Under the pieces are notes generated by a model that worked only from the letters and a program-made list of their open reading frames with translations, searched no databases and was not told the origin of the DNA. DNA of 64,000 nucleotides from NCBI GenBank assembly GCA_053919585.1, contig CM132783.1, one strand, 5' to 3'. The DNA is from Euprymna scolopes (lineage: Eukaryota). The translations under genes and the position numbers were made by a program. Below, piece after piece: positions 1 to 10,999 of the stretch (position 1 is its first letter; each line of letters begins with the position of its first letter).

Positions 1-1147
1 ATATCAAATTTGATTTATTTTGGCCAATTGTATATTCGCGCCTTGTTTAATTACAGCCTGCACGGAAAATATGTATTGCTTAAATGTAGGTATGAACAGA
101 GCATTTTTTAGAATACAGTTACGGATTTCGCGTTTATTATTTTTTAGGGACATTTTAGCATCGCCTCTTTTCAAGACTATATCATTTATTTGACTACCGT
201 CGGCAAGTTCGGCAAAATGACTTTTAGGATTAAAGTTTGAATCCAAATTAATAAAATCAGATTCCTTGGTGATAACGTGTGCTGTAGCACCACAGTCTAC
301 AAGGAGATTTTTACCGTTTGTGGTATTGTCAATGTTACATATAAATAGAGATGTATGTTCTTCATCAAAGTTCTCAACGATTTTACGGAGCCCGTTTTAG
401 AGCGTTTATATCCACATTGGAAACTTTTATGTTTGGGTTGTCCATTATTATAGCAGATAATTTTATTCTTTTTCTTGCTTTTGGAGAATACGTTGCGGTG
501 AGGTGAGTAATTTGGTGGTGTCTGCTTTCGAGAAGCATTTTTGAACTCCATAATATTGCTGGAGTTATTATTGTCCACGAGCATACGATTAGTATCTTCG
601 TAACTGTGCAATGCCACTTTAAATTCGCTGAAATTTATGGGTTTGTCTTTTGGAGTTATAACAGTTGTAAATGGTTTAAAATTGGCTGGACGTCCCTTGA
701 GGGTCATTGATATCAACAAGCTATCGCTTATTATTTCACCTGAGGGTTTTCAGACATTGCCGGTTGTTTCTGCCCTTATAACGTAGTCGGTAATCGTTTC
801 ATCCTCGTTACGTTTCAGAGATATTTGTTCCGTATATAGCGATATAATTTCCGGTTTCCCTTTTGATAAATAATGTTCTCTTAATATGTTCAATGCTTTC
901 CTTCCATCATCCAATGCGTCTCTTATAATCAGAGACAGACTTCTATCGTCTAAACATTGAATCAGTTCTGCAAACAGTCGCGTTTTTTTTTTCGAGAAAT
1001 TCGGGGTCATTTTGATTTTTTTGTTGTTGTAGATTGTATGACTTTGTGTAGTTTTCGAATCCTTAGATATCCCAGAAATTTTACCTGCCACAATTCGAAT
1101 TTAGATTCCGATCCCTCAATGAAAAGACGGTGGCTGGGCGCATAACC
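1..1147 (-). mobile_element. Ty1/Copia LTR retrotransposon 5' internal region (decayed gag and protease), running off the window start
   Basis: ORF 750-1091 LFAELIQCLDDRSLSLIIRDALDDGRKALNILREHY is Copia gag-like; degenerate zinc knuckle CYNNGQPKHKSFQC in ORF 297-719; protease motif VDCGATAHVI at 271-300 (minus); stops and frameshifts separate the pieces. Confidence 0.9.
1134..1147 (-). promoter_or_regulatory. Copia primer-binding site (half-tRNA-iMet type)
   Basis: Minus strand reads ...TAACA|GGTTATGCGCCCAG, one mismatch from the copia-type GGTTATGGGCCCAG, directly after an LTR-like CA end. Confidence 0.85.
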
Positions 1148-1282
1148 TGTTAAGTTTTGAGACATTTTGTTTAACAGAGATTGCGGCGTAGTTCAGATCT
1201 GGTTTTAAAATAGATTTTAGAAGGGTGCGCAGAAAAATTGCCTCCTGCTCGGAATGTGTAAAAGCCACATATTCTGCTTCAC
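1148..1282 (-). repeat. Putative 5' LTR of the Copia element (distal boundary uncertain)
   Basis: Abuts the PBS and ends in CA on the minus strand; no second LTR in the window to fix the other end. Confidence 0.45.
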
Positions 1283-2738
1283 AAGTAGAAAGGGCAACAA
1301 TTTCCCTCTAATTGTAGTGATTTCTAATGAAACAAACACCTCTGTAGATGGAAAAAGATAAACGGTTACAAAACGTACACTCTATCTAAGTAATAAGCTG
1401 GTAAGGGAATGCTCGCTTATTATACTAATATAAATTATAGAATCGACTAAACCAGTTTGGTTTTGGTCCAACTGCTAGTAGAAGAGTGTTCAGCTTAATA
1501 AGTTTCATCAAAAACAATGATTAGTTGGTATAGAGCGTTCATTATTACCGACCTGGTATATGCGCCAAAACATTTGACTACAGCTATTAAAAACATCTAG
1601 TTAAGTTTTATTTAAAGAATATTAAAAATTAGCCGGATAAAATTGAGAGCAAGCACTACAATCATATAGCAATGATAGAAACCCGGAATAGAGATGATCA
1701 TTATAATACGAATGCGTTGTAACAAAAGCTGTTTAATAGATAGATAGAGGGAAGATCACGATATAAAATAGAAAAAAATAAGAAGAAAATATTTCACACG
1801 ATGCTGATAAGATGACTAGAAAAATTGTGGAAATTTAACACCACCTTGTTTTAAACGGTTTTTAAGAAGGATACATAACAGTAACAGAAGCGCAATATGT
1901 TCTATAGTTGCTTTTTCTGTGAAAAAAATTTGAAACAAGACACCTGTTGAGAAGATCACCTGTTTCATTGCAAAGATATAACAAAACTAATAACAATGTT
2001 AAGTTATAATAAGCGTAGTTTAATCTTAAAATCTAAAATTTCTATGAAACGACACTCGAAGATCCATAACGAACTTAACTCACAAGCAATCTTAACGCAG
2101 AAAAACATATCTATAACTGGGTTTAATTGGCATCAAAGTGCTCGTGACCGTANNNNNNNNNNNNNNNNNNNNNNNNNNNNNNNNNNNNNNNNNNNNNNNN
2201 NNNNNNNNNNNNNNNNNNNNNNNNNNNNNNNNNNNNNNNNNNNNNNNNNNNNNNNNNNNNNNNNNNNNNNNNNNNNNNNNNNNNNNNNNNNNNNNNNNNN
2301 NNNNNNNNNNNNNNNNNNNNNNNNNNNNNNNNNNNNNNNNNNNNNNNNNNNNNNNNNNNNNNNNNNNNNNNNNNNNNNNNTAGTCCTCACGCGAAAGAGC
2401 NNNNNNNNNNNNNNNNNNNNNNNNNNNNNNNNNNNNNNNNNNNNNNNNNNNNNNNNNNNNNNNNNNNNNNNNNNNNNNNNNNNNNNNNNNNNNNNNNNNN
2501 NNNNNNNNNNNNNNNNNNNNNNNNNNNNNNNTTCGCTGGCAAGGACTACTATTGACCGTAACCAGTTATACAGTCCTTTTGAAATTTTCATTTTTATTTT
2601 TCTCGTTATGTACTGAATATGTGTTAATAAAACCTATTATTAAATTTTAAAGATTTTCTTTTCAGAAAGAAGGTTTAAAAAATTTAATCTAAAAATGTTA
2701 TTTTAAAGTTTTTGTTTAAAAAATTAAGATTTTCTCAT

Positions 2739-2990
2739 TATTCAAACCTGTATAACAAAGAGGGAGTAGCAAAAAATGAGGTGTGGTGTGATGAGAAATA
2801 CAAATCGAAACAGAGAGAATATTCAGACCTGTAATAATACGAAGAGGGGGTTGACAAAATGGGTGGTGGTGTGAGGAGAAATACAAACTGAAAGAGAGAG
2901 AATATTTAGACTTGTAAAGAGAGGGTAGCAAAAATGACTTGTGGTGTGAGGAGAAATACCAGCTGAAATACAGAGGGAGAGTTTTCAAAT
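2739..2990. repeat. Degenerate tandem repeat, about 80 bp x3
   Basis: Recurring TATTCAGACCTGTA...GAGGG...CAAAA...GTGGTGTGAGGAGAAATACAAACTGAAA motif starting near 2739, 2820 and 2902. Confidence 0.85.
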
Positions 2991-3016
2991 ATAATCTTAA
3001 AAAGATAATATACAAG

Positions 3017-3454
3017 TTAGAAAAGCATTTATCCAAGACAGGAAAATTATTGAACAAATAGTGTTTACTATAGGCTTAAAAATAAAGGTACAAATTAAAT
3101 TTGAAATTTATTTATCTTCAAAGTACACTTTTATAAATTTTACAAAGTAAGTTATAAAAATGTAATTGCAATTTAAAAACATTATATTTTATCTAGCAAT
3201 TAATGATATAGATATGAAATTTTCAATGATATTTTTGAAGTGCAACAGAATGAGCATTACATAAAATCAATCCGAGGTAATTTTTTGATTCAACTTAAAT
3301 TATATTGTTATACCTTACTTTGTAAAATTTATAAAAGTGCACTTTGAAGATAAATACATTTCAAATTGAATCTTGTGCATTTATTTTTAAAGCCTATATA
3401 GTAAAAATATTTTGTTTAACAATTCTCATGCCTTGGATGAAATGCTTTTCTAAC
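3017..3454. mobile_element. MITE/foldback with about 150-bp inverted arms
   Basis: GTTAGAAAAGCATT...TCTTCAAAGTACACTTTTATAAATTTTACAAAGTAAG (3017-3167) is the reverse complement of CTTACTTTGTAAAATTTATAAAAGTGCACTTTGAAGA...ATGCTTTTCTAAC (3298-3454). Confidence 0.85.
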
Positions 3455-3769
3455 TGAGTGCTGTTTATTACGTGTTTCATATGTTGGATTTCTTTTTATT
3501 TTTATTCCTCGTTTTGCTTCATTTAATAGTAAACACCATCAATATCGTCATGATCTGATCTTAAAAAATATAAAGCGGAAGACTAGTGTCTGCAGTTTGA
3601 CATGTCGTTGGCTGTCTTGCTCTTGCTTATTGCTGCATATCAACATTTTGAACGAGGGAGAGATTACCTGTTGTACAAAGGTAAATTTCTTTAATAACAT
3701 CTTTGTACAGATACTCCCTCAGATATCTGTCTAAAAAAAAGTCCTATGGTTATGAAAAATTGTGAAGCG

Positions 3770-6560
3770 AGTTGGCCTGCCAGCATGTAATATCTGATCT
3801 TCACACAGGAGACGAAAAGCCTAGCCTAACATCGCTTTCGTAACAATACTTAGACAGATGCTGCTTGGTGGGGCTTTTTGTGGCTGATCCGCATTTTCAA
3901 CATAGCACTGCTCACCCAAGAATTTGGAAGGGAACAAGAAAATGTATCCTTAATAAAGCTGCCTTTGCCTTGCTGGTCAGCAACGTGAAGCAGATGGCTG
4001 TCGATATTAACAGGGACAGAAGATATTATGCTAAAGTACACCCACTCCAGTTATGTTGTTGGAATGCGAGAAAATCTATTGGAATGGTAAAAGGCTAGAA
4101 CAGAAGACTGCAATTTTGACTAAGAAATTTCAAAGTTACAATATAGATATTGCTGCACTTTCTGAGACACGTTCGCAAGTGAGGATCAACTGATCCAGCG
4201 TGAGTCGGGCTACACGATCTTCTGGTCCGCTATATATGAAAATGAGAGGTGTGAGGCTGGTGTTGGCTTTACAGTTAAGAACTTAAATGACAAGATCGAA
4301 TAGCCATTGAGAACTTCCCTTGCTGCTGGTCGTTACATTAATGTTTTTTATATCCATGCGCCGACTCTTACTTAATCTCAAGACGATATTACTTCCTATT
4401 ATTATATGCTTAAATCTGTTATCATCGGTTTTCCAAGTGCCGAGATGTTGGTGGTTCTTGGTTACCTCAATGCATGGGTTGTATCAGACAATGAGACTTG
4501 GTCTCCATTAGGTCCATATGGCATTGGTAGAGCCAATTCAAATGGTCTGCTGCTCCTCCATCTTTCAGTGAGCTAAATCTTGTTATCACCAGCACTTTTC
4601 CACAAGAAAAACAAGTAGACCTGGTTCTATCTCCGGTCTAAACATTGTCATTTGTTTGATTACATACTGTGTAGAAGTGGTGATCTTGGAAATTTTTGCA
4701 AAGTTTTTTTGTTTAATTACATTTTAACGCCAAACAAGCACATTGCCACTTTGTTGCATGGGGATACTATCAGGGACATAGACATAAGTGGTACTGTGTA
4801 AGGAGTTTGGCAGCAAGATGTCGGTTCACGTTACACTTGAACATATGCATGTCAGTACAGTTGAGGAAGCAAGGACCCGGAAGGGAATTCCAAACACTAG
4901 CTGTCCTGGGGAAGAAACTACTGGAATAGAAGGTTTTCTTACATCTAGGGATCTCTACTTTGAAGGGGTTAGATTTAGCTGCTTGTCGGGTTCTGGGGGT
5001 ATTTAGGTCGAGGGGGCACAAGTGATTGCAGTTCGTAGGAGCATTCACCGTTAAAATGCTTGCAGAACAGGCTGAGGGATACAACATTTCGTCGATGGGA
5101 CAGAGGCTGAAGCTTAAATGACAGTTCAGAACCTATCAGATTGGCGACTCTCTTTTGAGCCTTGTCTAGGAGCAAGAGACAAGTGGCAGATGCACCAGCC
5201 CAAATATGACAAAAATACTCCATACATGGACGAATGGTGGCCTTATAGATGTATAGGATACTGTCGGGCGTAAGTAGCTTTCTAGCACGGTAGAGATAAC
5301 CTACCTTCTCCGCAGCGGTCCTGGTTTAAAAGTTGTACTTTCAGATAAAGTTTAAAAGATGTACTTTCAGATAAAGTCATTGGTCATTACAGTTCGAAAA
5401 AAAACCGTTCCAATGGAGTCAAAGTACCTAAGCGTATTAATGTTTCCAAATTGAAGGATCCAGTCGTACGAAGTTCCTGGAAATCTGCTTTCAACCAGGT
5501 GGATTTCTCATATTCTGATTGGGAGATATTAAGAGATACAATATACCAAAAAGGTTTTGAAGTTCTTGGATCGAAGGTTCCCAGACATTGAAATTGGTTT
5601 GCTGATAATTCCAATCAAATTAACCTTCAAATTGATAGAAAGCGAAAGCTTATTTGAAACTTCTTAACTCTTCACTTCTGAACAGATTTTTCTGTGCGGA
5701 GTGAGTTTCAGTGTTGTGTGCGCTAAATAAAAAAATGGTGGTCTGACCTCTCGAGGAATATACAGACTGTCTACGATCATAACGATGTCAAGACATTTTA
5801 CATGTTGCTTCATCAGGCTTATTGTCCGAAATCATCTTCAACTACACTACTCCTGGCGAAGGATTGGAAAACATTGCTGAAAACCTCAGATGAAATTATG
5901 CATCGATCGCATGAACACTCTCATGATCTTTTTCGCCGACCAGGCAATGTTAGGTTCCAGCAATAGAAAGCATCCCTCAATGTTCCTTTTGTCCGGAATT
6001 TGATACTGAACCGACTCTTGTGGAAACAGTTTACTACATTAAACAGATAAACTCGAACAAAGACCTTGGGCTGGATGCCATTCTCTTGAGCTGCTAAAAC
6101 ACAATGGTGTCAATGTACATTGTGTGGTGCACTCTTTGTTAATGTCAGTATGTCATGGTGACCCGGTTGCCCAAGATTGAGTAGATGCCATCCTGATTAT
6201 GCTGTACAAAGGAAAGGGTACAATGTCTGGTTGTGGTGATTATCAAGGTATCTCGCTGTTGACTGTGGTTGGAAATGTATTTACACGATTCTTGTTAAAC
6301 TGATTTGAAAGTATATATTTCCTGATATCCTTCCGGAATTCTAGTCTGGTTTAAAGGTGGGCGAGGAACCGTGTATATAGGCAGCTTCTGGAAAGTTTAT
6401 TGAGCAACGTATGCCTCTTTGCCATGTGTTTATGGACTTAACCAAGACATTTGACACAATCAACCGTGAATCTCTCTGTAAAGTGCTGGAAAAGTTGGTT
6501 GTACACCTGCTTTTACGAAAAAGCTCAAGCAACTTCATTCTAGTATGAAAAGTCGAATCA
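3770..6560 (+). mobile_element. RTE-clade LINE (APE endonuclease plus N-terminal RT), decayed, interrupted by a CR1-like insertion
   Basis: Plus-strand motifs YNIDIAALSETR, SGYTIFWS, GVGFTV, GPYGIGRANSNGLLLL, HLFDYIL, KVPKRINVSKLKDP, YQGISLLTVVG, FMDLTKTFDTINRESL. Confidence 0.9.
4703..5390 (-). mobile_element. CR1/L2-group LINE family A, 5'-truncated 3' fragment nested in the RTE
   Basis: MEYFCHIWAGASATCLLLLDKAQKRVANLIG and SSFFPRTASVWNSLP; 3' UTR shared with copies at 38028, 50567 and 61006. Confidence 0.92.
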
Positions 6561-6586
6561 ACTGTGGCGTCTGTCCTCAAAAAAAG

Positions 6587-7340
6587 TCAGGGAGTAAATG
6601 GTTTGCTGAGTACAATTTGCAGTTTCAGGCAAACCGACTGACAAGCATGTTAGCCTTCTCGGTTGTTGTGCAGACAACCTCATGATTGTTGAATCCTAGG
6701 AAATTGTTGATTGCCCAGTATTTACTACACTGTTGTAGATTTTCGATAAATTGCGGGTTCCTAATTGATGTTTTGTGATGCATTTTCTGGTGGTTTTTGG
6801 AACATTTTCTCTTAGATGCCGCTATTTCTTTATTACAAAGACTTTTAGCGGCATTTGTCTGTTTGGACTGGACTTATTTCAGATGAATCTGCAGTATACA
6901 TGCTGACTTTAAGCAATGGCAACTGCAAAAGTAGAAAACTATTGAGGATAGTGGGAATTCCTATAGAATTTCCGTGTGTGACCATGTGCTTCAGTTGCCG
7001 TTTTGAACCATTTAGTTATATAATTTGCGGATTTTCTACATGGCGAGAAAAGGTATTTCCCCATGGCGCATCTCTGATGATATCCTGAATGGCTTCCCAG
7101 TCAGTGTCTTCATAGTACTTTATCGTTTTGAGCAATAACTCTTCAATTGGGGGTCGAGAATTTAGGTCGATTTCTGTCATTATCACATCGTTGTCAGCAT
7201 CCCGAGTGAGCTACGGACATTCGTTACGCAATTATCGGGAACTATGGTCACAAATTGGCCTAGAAGTGAGACAGGTTTTTCTTGCTGATCTGGGAAACGT
7301 GTCAGAAACGTAACTGTGATTGGGAAGGAGATAGAGAGAA
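6587..7340 (-). mobile_element. CR1/L2-group LINE family A internal fragment (end of endonuclease and linker)
   Basis: Aligns by eye to 62690-63420 (GCAAGCATGTTAGCCTTCTCGGTT, GGCTTCCCAGTC, TTTTGAGCAAT). Confidence 0.85.
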
Positions 7341-8015
7341 GTTATTTGTTATGTTACCAAATTCTAACCAATGAATGTTTTGCAAACCGATTAGTCTCCG
7401 AACGGGTTTAAAAAAAAACAATAATAAACCACTTACTCACATAAGTTCATCAACTATATGTACTCCAGTAGGTTAGTAAAAATTTGGTGTCTGTATCAAT
7501 CTAAACCACATCACATTTATGCAGACGAGTTGACGATATCAAGAAATATTTTACTTTATTTCTCGATGATTTGCTTGTGAATATTGAATGAATAAAACGA
7601 TATAGTTTCCGAATCGATTGTGCATATTAATTTGAGTGTTTATGTTTCCCCTATGTAAAAAATGATTAATAATTTCACAATTATTAATAGTTGCCTATTA
7701 TTTTAATACAGCTTAAACATTACTATTAATATTGAGTTTATCATATATCTGCAATATTCCCAGCACATTAACTTTTAAATAAATTTAATTGCGGCCTAGG
7801 TTTTTAGACTCTAGTCTACTATTTTCTATTATATATTTATATATATATATATATATATATGCCTTTTGTAATTTAATTTCATATCGTGACAAACCGAGTT
7901 GCACCCAATTAACACCTCAAGTTATCGAAAGGATAAAGGTTAGTGAGTGCCACGTATACCATGATAAGATATATTGATAGAAATTAGGATGAATTGGACT
8001 GTGTTTGTAGATAGA

Positions 8016-8072
<57 letters not shown>

Positions 8073-8079
8073 ATATATA

Positions 8080-8231
8080 CTAGACTACCCGTGATCCGTT
8101 GGGTCAGTATGTTATATTTACTATGGAATTAATGTTTGAGCGTGACACTTGTGACGTAAAAAAATATTTTTGTGACGTAACAGAAAAATTTCCATGAAAG
8201 TATTTAAAAATGAAAAAAGAATATAGATAGA
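8080..8231 (-). mobile_element. Short non-autonomous Helitron-like element
   Basis: Minus strand starts TCTATCTATAT and ends ACCCAACGGATCACGGGT-AGT-CTAG|T (imperfect hairpin plus CTAG). Confidence 0.55.
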
Positions 8232-9146
8232 TTTCTATGTGTCTTTCTGTTTATAATTGTTTATTTTTGAAAAAACAACTCACAACCATTGAATTATAAG
8301 TACCTTGCCATGCTTATAGGTAACTGTGCACTGAACAGATACCATAATACTTAAAGTTAAATTCAATTTTTTATATATCTTTTAATTTAAACGTGAAAAA
8401 ACAATTAGGACGCTGAAACTCACACATAAAACAATGCGTTTAATTGTCGTGTTGATTATCAATTTTTAACGCAAATTAAATAAGACATGTTTTCGCGGTT
8501 ATTTAATTATATTAGTAGTTTAGAAGAAAAAAGTATGAATGTTTTTTTTAAGGAAGGTGTATTTAAAATTGAGATTTTTTTTTAAATAAGGCGGTGGGTA
8601 AATTGACATCATAAAATGCTCTTATGGTTGTCAACGGGTTTAAATAGATTAATTTCTAAGAAAATTGCGTTAAAATAACTTAAGCATAATACGGAAATGA
8701 ACGATATAAAAAAAGGCAGAAAGTATTAACAATTGTTTATTTGGATAATTTGAAGTCGAATAAAAAGAAAACAATTATGACGCTGAGAAAAAAAAACACT
8801 GTAAAACAATATGATTATTTGTTTATGTACGCATGCGCAACTGGAAGTCCTAAACCGCATGTTGGATTACACCATCCGTTACAAAGTNNNNNNNNNNNNN
8901 NNNNNNNNNNNNNNNNNNNNNNNNNNNNNNNNNNNNNNNNNNNNNNNNNNNNNNNNNNNNNNNNNNNNNNNNNNNNNNNNNNNNNNNNNNNNNNNNNNNN
9001 NNNNNNNNNNNNNNNNNNNNNNNNNNNNNNNNNNNNNNNNNNNNNNNNNTATAATTTATTCATATATATATATACATATTTTATGCACATATATACATAT
9101 ATATATATAAATATATACGAATATATATATAAACATATATACACAC

Positions 9147-9186
<40 letters not shown>

Positions 9187-9205
9187 GCACATATATAAAT
9201 ATACG

Positions 9206-9246
9206 GATCTTGGCCTTTTGGCCAAGATCAAAGTGTAGTAGCTGTT
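9206..9246 (+). pseudogene. U2: U2 snRNA 5' fragment (stem I and branch-point recognition sequence)
   Basis: TCTTGGCCTTTTGGCCAAGATCAAAGTGTAGTAGCTGTT versus U2 TCTCGGCCTTTTGGCTAAGATCA(A)AGTGTAGTATCTGTT; no Sm site or downstream U2 sequence. Confidence 0.85.
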
Positions 9247-9429
9247 ATTCAGATGCGGCACTTCCATTTCTCGTTCTCTTTCCGTGGAGGAGAAATCCTT
9301 CACGACTGAGACAATGTTTATTTATGTACCTTTTCTCCACGTTAAAAAACTATCCTGGTGTCTAACTCTGTCCCGTGGGGACGCATTGTAAATAGGTACA
9401 TATATAAATAGTTTTTAAATTATAATTTT

Positions 9430-9468
9430 CACTGACACATGTTTCGTCGACTACGACGCATCAGAATG
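9430..9468 (-). ncRNA. Minimal type I hammerhead motif, copy 1 (A9 to C change)
   Basis: Minus: CATT-CTGATGC-GTCG-TAGT-CGAC-GAAA-C-ATGT-GTC-AGTG; stem I CATT/AGTG, stem II GTCG/CGAC. Confidence 0.75.
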
Positions 9469-9742
9469 GCTGAATAGAGCGAGATTCAAATTCGAAACCC
9501 AATGGTAAGAAGACTTAACCTCTTTTACTGTGCTATCTTGTAACACTGCTGGATGGATCACGTTTTATGTAGATGTTTTTTTGTTTGTTTGTTTTTGTTT
9601 GCAATACTTTTTTTATTAATCCAATACCTTATACAACTGCGTTTTTACCTAAATGCCGGTTAGGAATAAGTTTCCCTTTGACCAATTCGGTACCAACTAA
9701 ATAGAAGATCGTCATATGTATTGCTTTTAAAATATAATTATC

Positions 9743-9780
9743 CACTGACACGTGTTTCGCTTTATACGACTCATCAGATG
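9743..9780 (-). ncRNA. Minimal type I hammerhead motif, copy 2 (intact core, weak stem II)
   Basis: Minus: CAT-CTGATGA-GTCGTATAAAGC-GAAA-C-ACGT-GTC-AGTG with palindromic stem III ACACGTGT. Confidence 0.8.
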
Positions 9781-9827
9781 TTCAGCCACTATTATTAGTG
9801 GTAGACGACGAAACCTGTGTCAGATAA
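9781..9827 (+). ncRNA. Inverted, decayed hammerhead copy 3
   Basis: TTCAGCCACTATTATTAGTGGTAGACGACGAAACCTGTGTCAG aligns without gaps to the copy 1 minus strand TTCAGCCATTCTGATGCGTCGTAGTCGACGAAACATGTGTCAG. Confidence 0.65.
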
Positions 9828-9829
9828 TA

Positions 9830-10850
9830 ATGTTATTGCAATGATGCCCTTGGGAGATCAGGATACAATGGATAAATTTAATATAATTGTACCAATAATA
9901 GTAAATACAACCCCAGCTGCGTAATCTTGTATAACATGGCAATGAGAGCTAGAAAAAATCAAAGATCAATAAGGGAAACGTTGAAAATTATCAAAAGGAT
10001 AGTAACGGTGGAGGAAATAATAACAGCAGAACTCGTAAGGATTAGAGTGGTGCCATTAATAAGAGAAATAGACGCGAGAGACAGGTTTAGTTCAATCCAC
10101 CATTCAGCGAGAATATCAAAAATAATATACTTAAGGAATTCTACAGAATAATAAACCAAAACAATAATAGGTCCCGATAATAAATTAAACAAAATGATAA
10201 ATAGAAACTCTGTAAAATTATCTTTCTCAACGTCCAGAAGCTTAACTAACACTATAATCAGCTCCAACAATAGAAAAATCAGCAAAATAAGAAAAAATAG
10301 CAAACTACTATGAAACGAAAGTATCATAAACAAAAAATGTAATTGCAGAATACCTTAAAAATGATTGATGGGAAATGTCTAACCTCGGAAATAGTGTATA
10401 AATGCGAGATAAAAATCGGCAACACTGAGAAGATATATCTGGGAGCCATGGGTACAGTTTTTAAGGACAGCTATAGAAACCACGTCGTATCATTTAAAAA
10501 TAAACCTGAAATAGAAACTAATAGGGATGGCGTAAACAATAGCAGGGGAGTGGGTACAAAAATCAGCATTAAAAATAAAAACAAAAAGAGGAATACAACT
10601 ACATTAGGTGATTGGGTTAGGGAACTTAACAGAAATACTGAAAATGTTGAATTAAAATGGTAAGGAGTGGACAGGGGGAGGAAGTACAGCCCCGGGAAAT
10701 CAAAAAAGTGCAATATATGTTTATTGGAAGCCTTCTACATAGTGAATTCCAACGAGGAAATTTTGAATAAAAGACTAAATGCCATACAGGGATGCCTACA
10801 CAGGAATAGAGTTCTGCTATCACACCTTAAATGTGACTGAGGTATAACTT
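9830..10850 (+). mobile_element. Penelope-like element 3' part (linker and GIY-YIG endonuclease), decayed; possibly Naiad-like
   Basis: FNPPFSENIK, KMINRNSVKLSFS, KCNCR, CLTSEIVYKCEI...KIYLG...FKDSYRNH (ORF 10343-10663), KCNICLLE...LNKR...CLHR. Confidence 0.88.
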
Positions 10851-10999
10851 TTTTCAACATTAAGGATCAACGGATGGGAGGATTAAATTTTAATGTACAG
10901 TTTAATAGCTCTAATATATAGCTAGTTTCTATTATACTAAACCTGGTAAGAAATATAAATAAAACATAAAGCTCATCTAAAAAAGAGAACTTTTCTCCA

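Noticed and set aside
3774-3840. HDV-like ribozyme in the RTE 5' UTR
   Set aside because: Only an outer GAAGCGA/TCGCTTT stem is visible; the nested double pseudoknot could not be built.
9206-9400. Functional U2 snRNA gene
   Set aside because: Similarity ends after about 40 nt; no stem IIa or Sm site.
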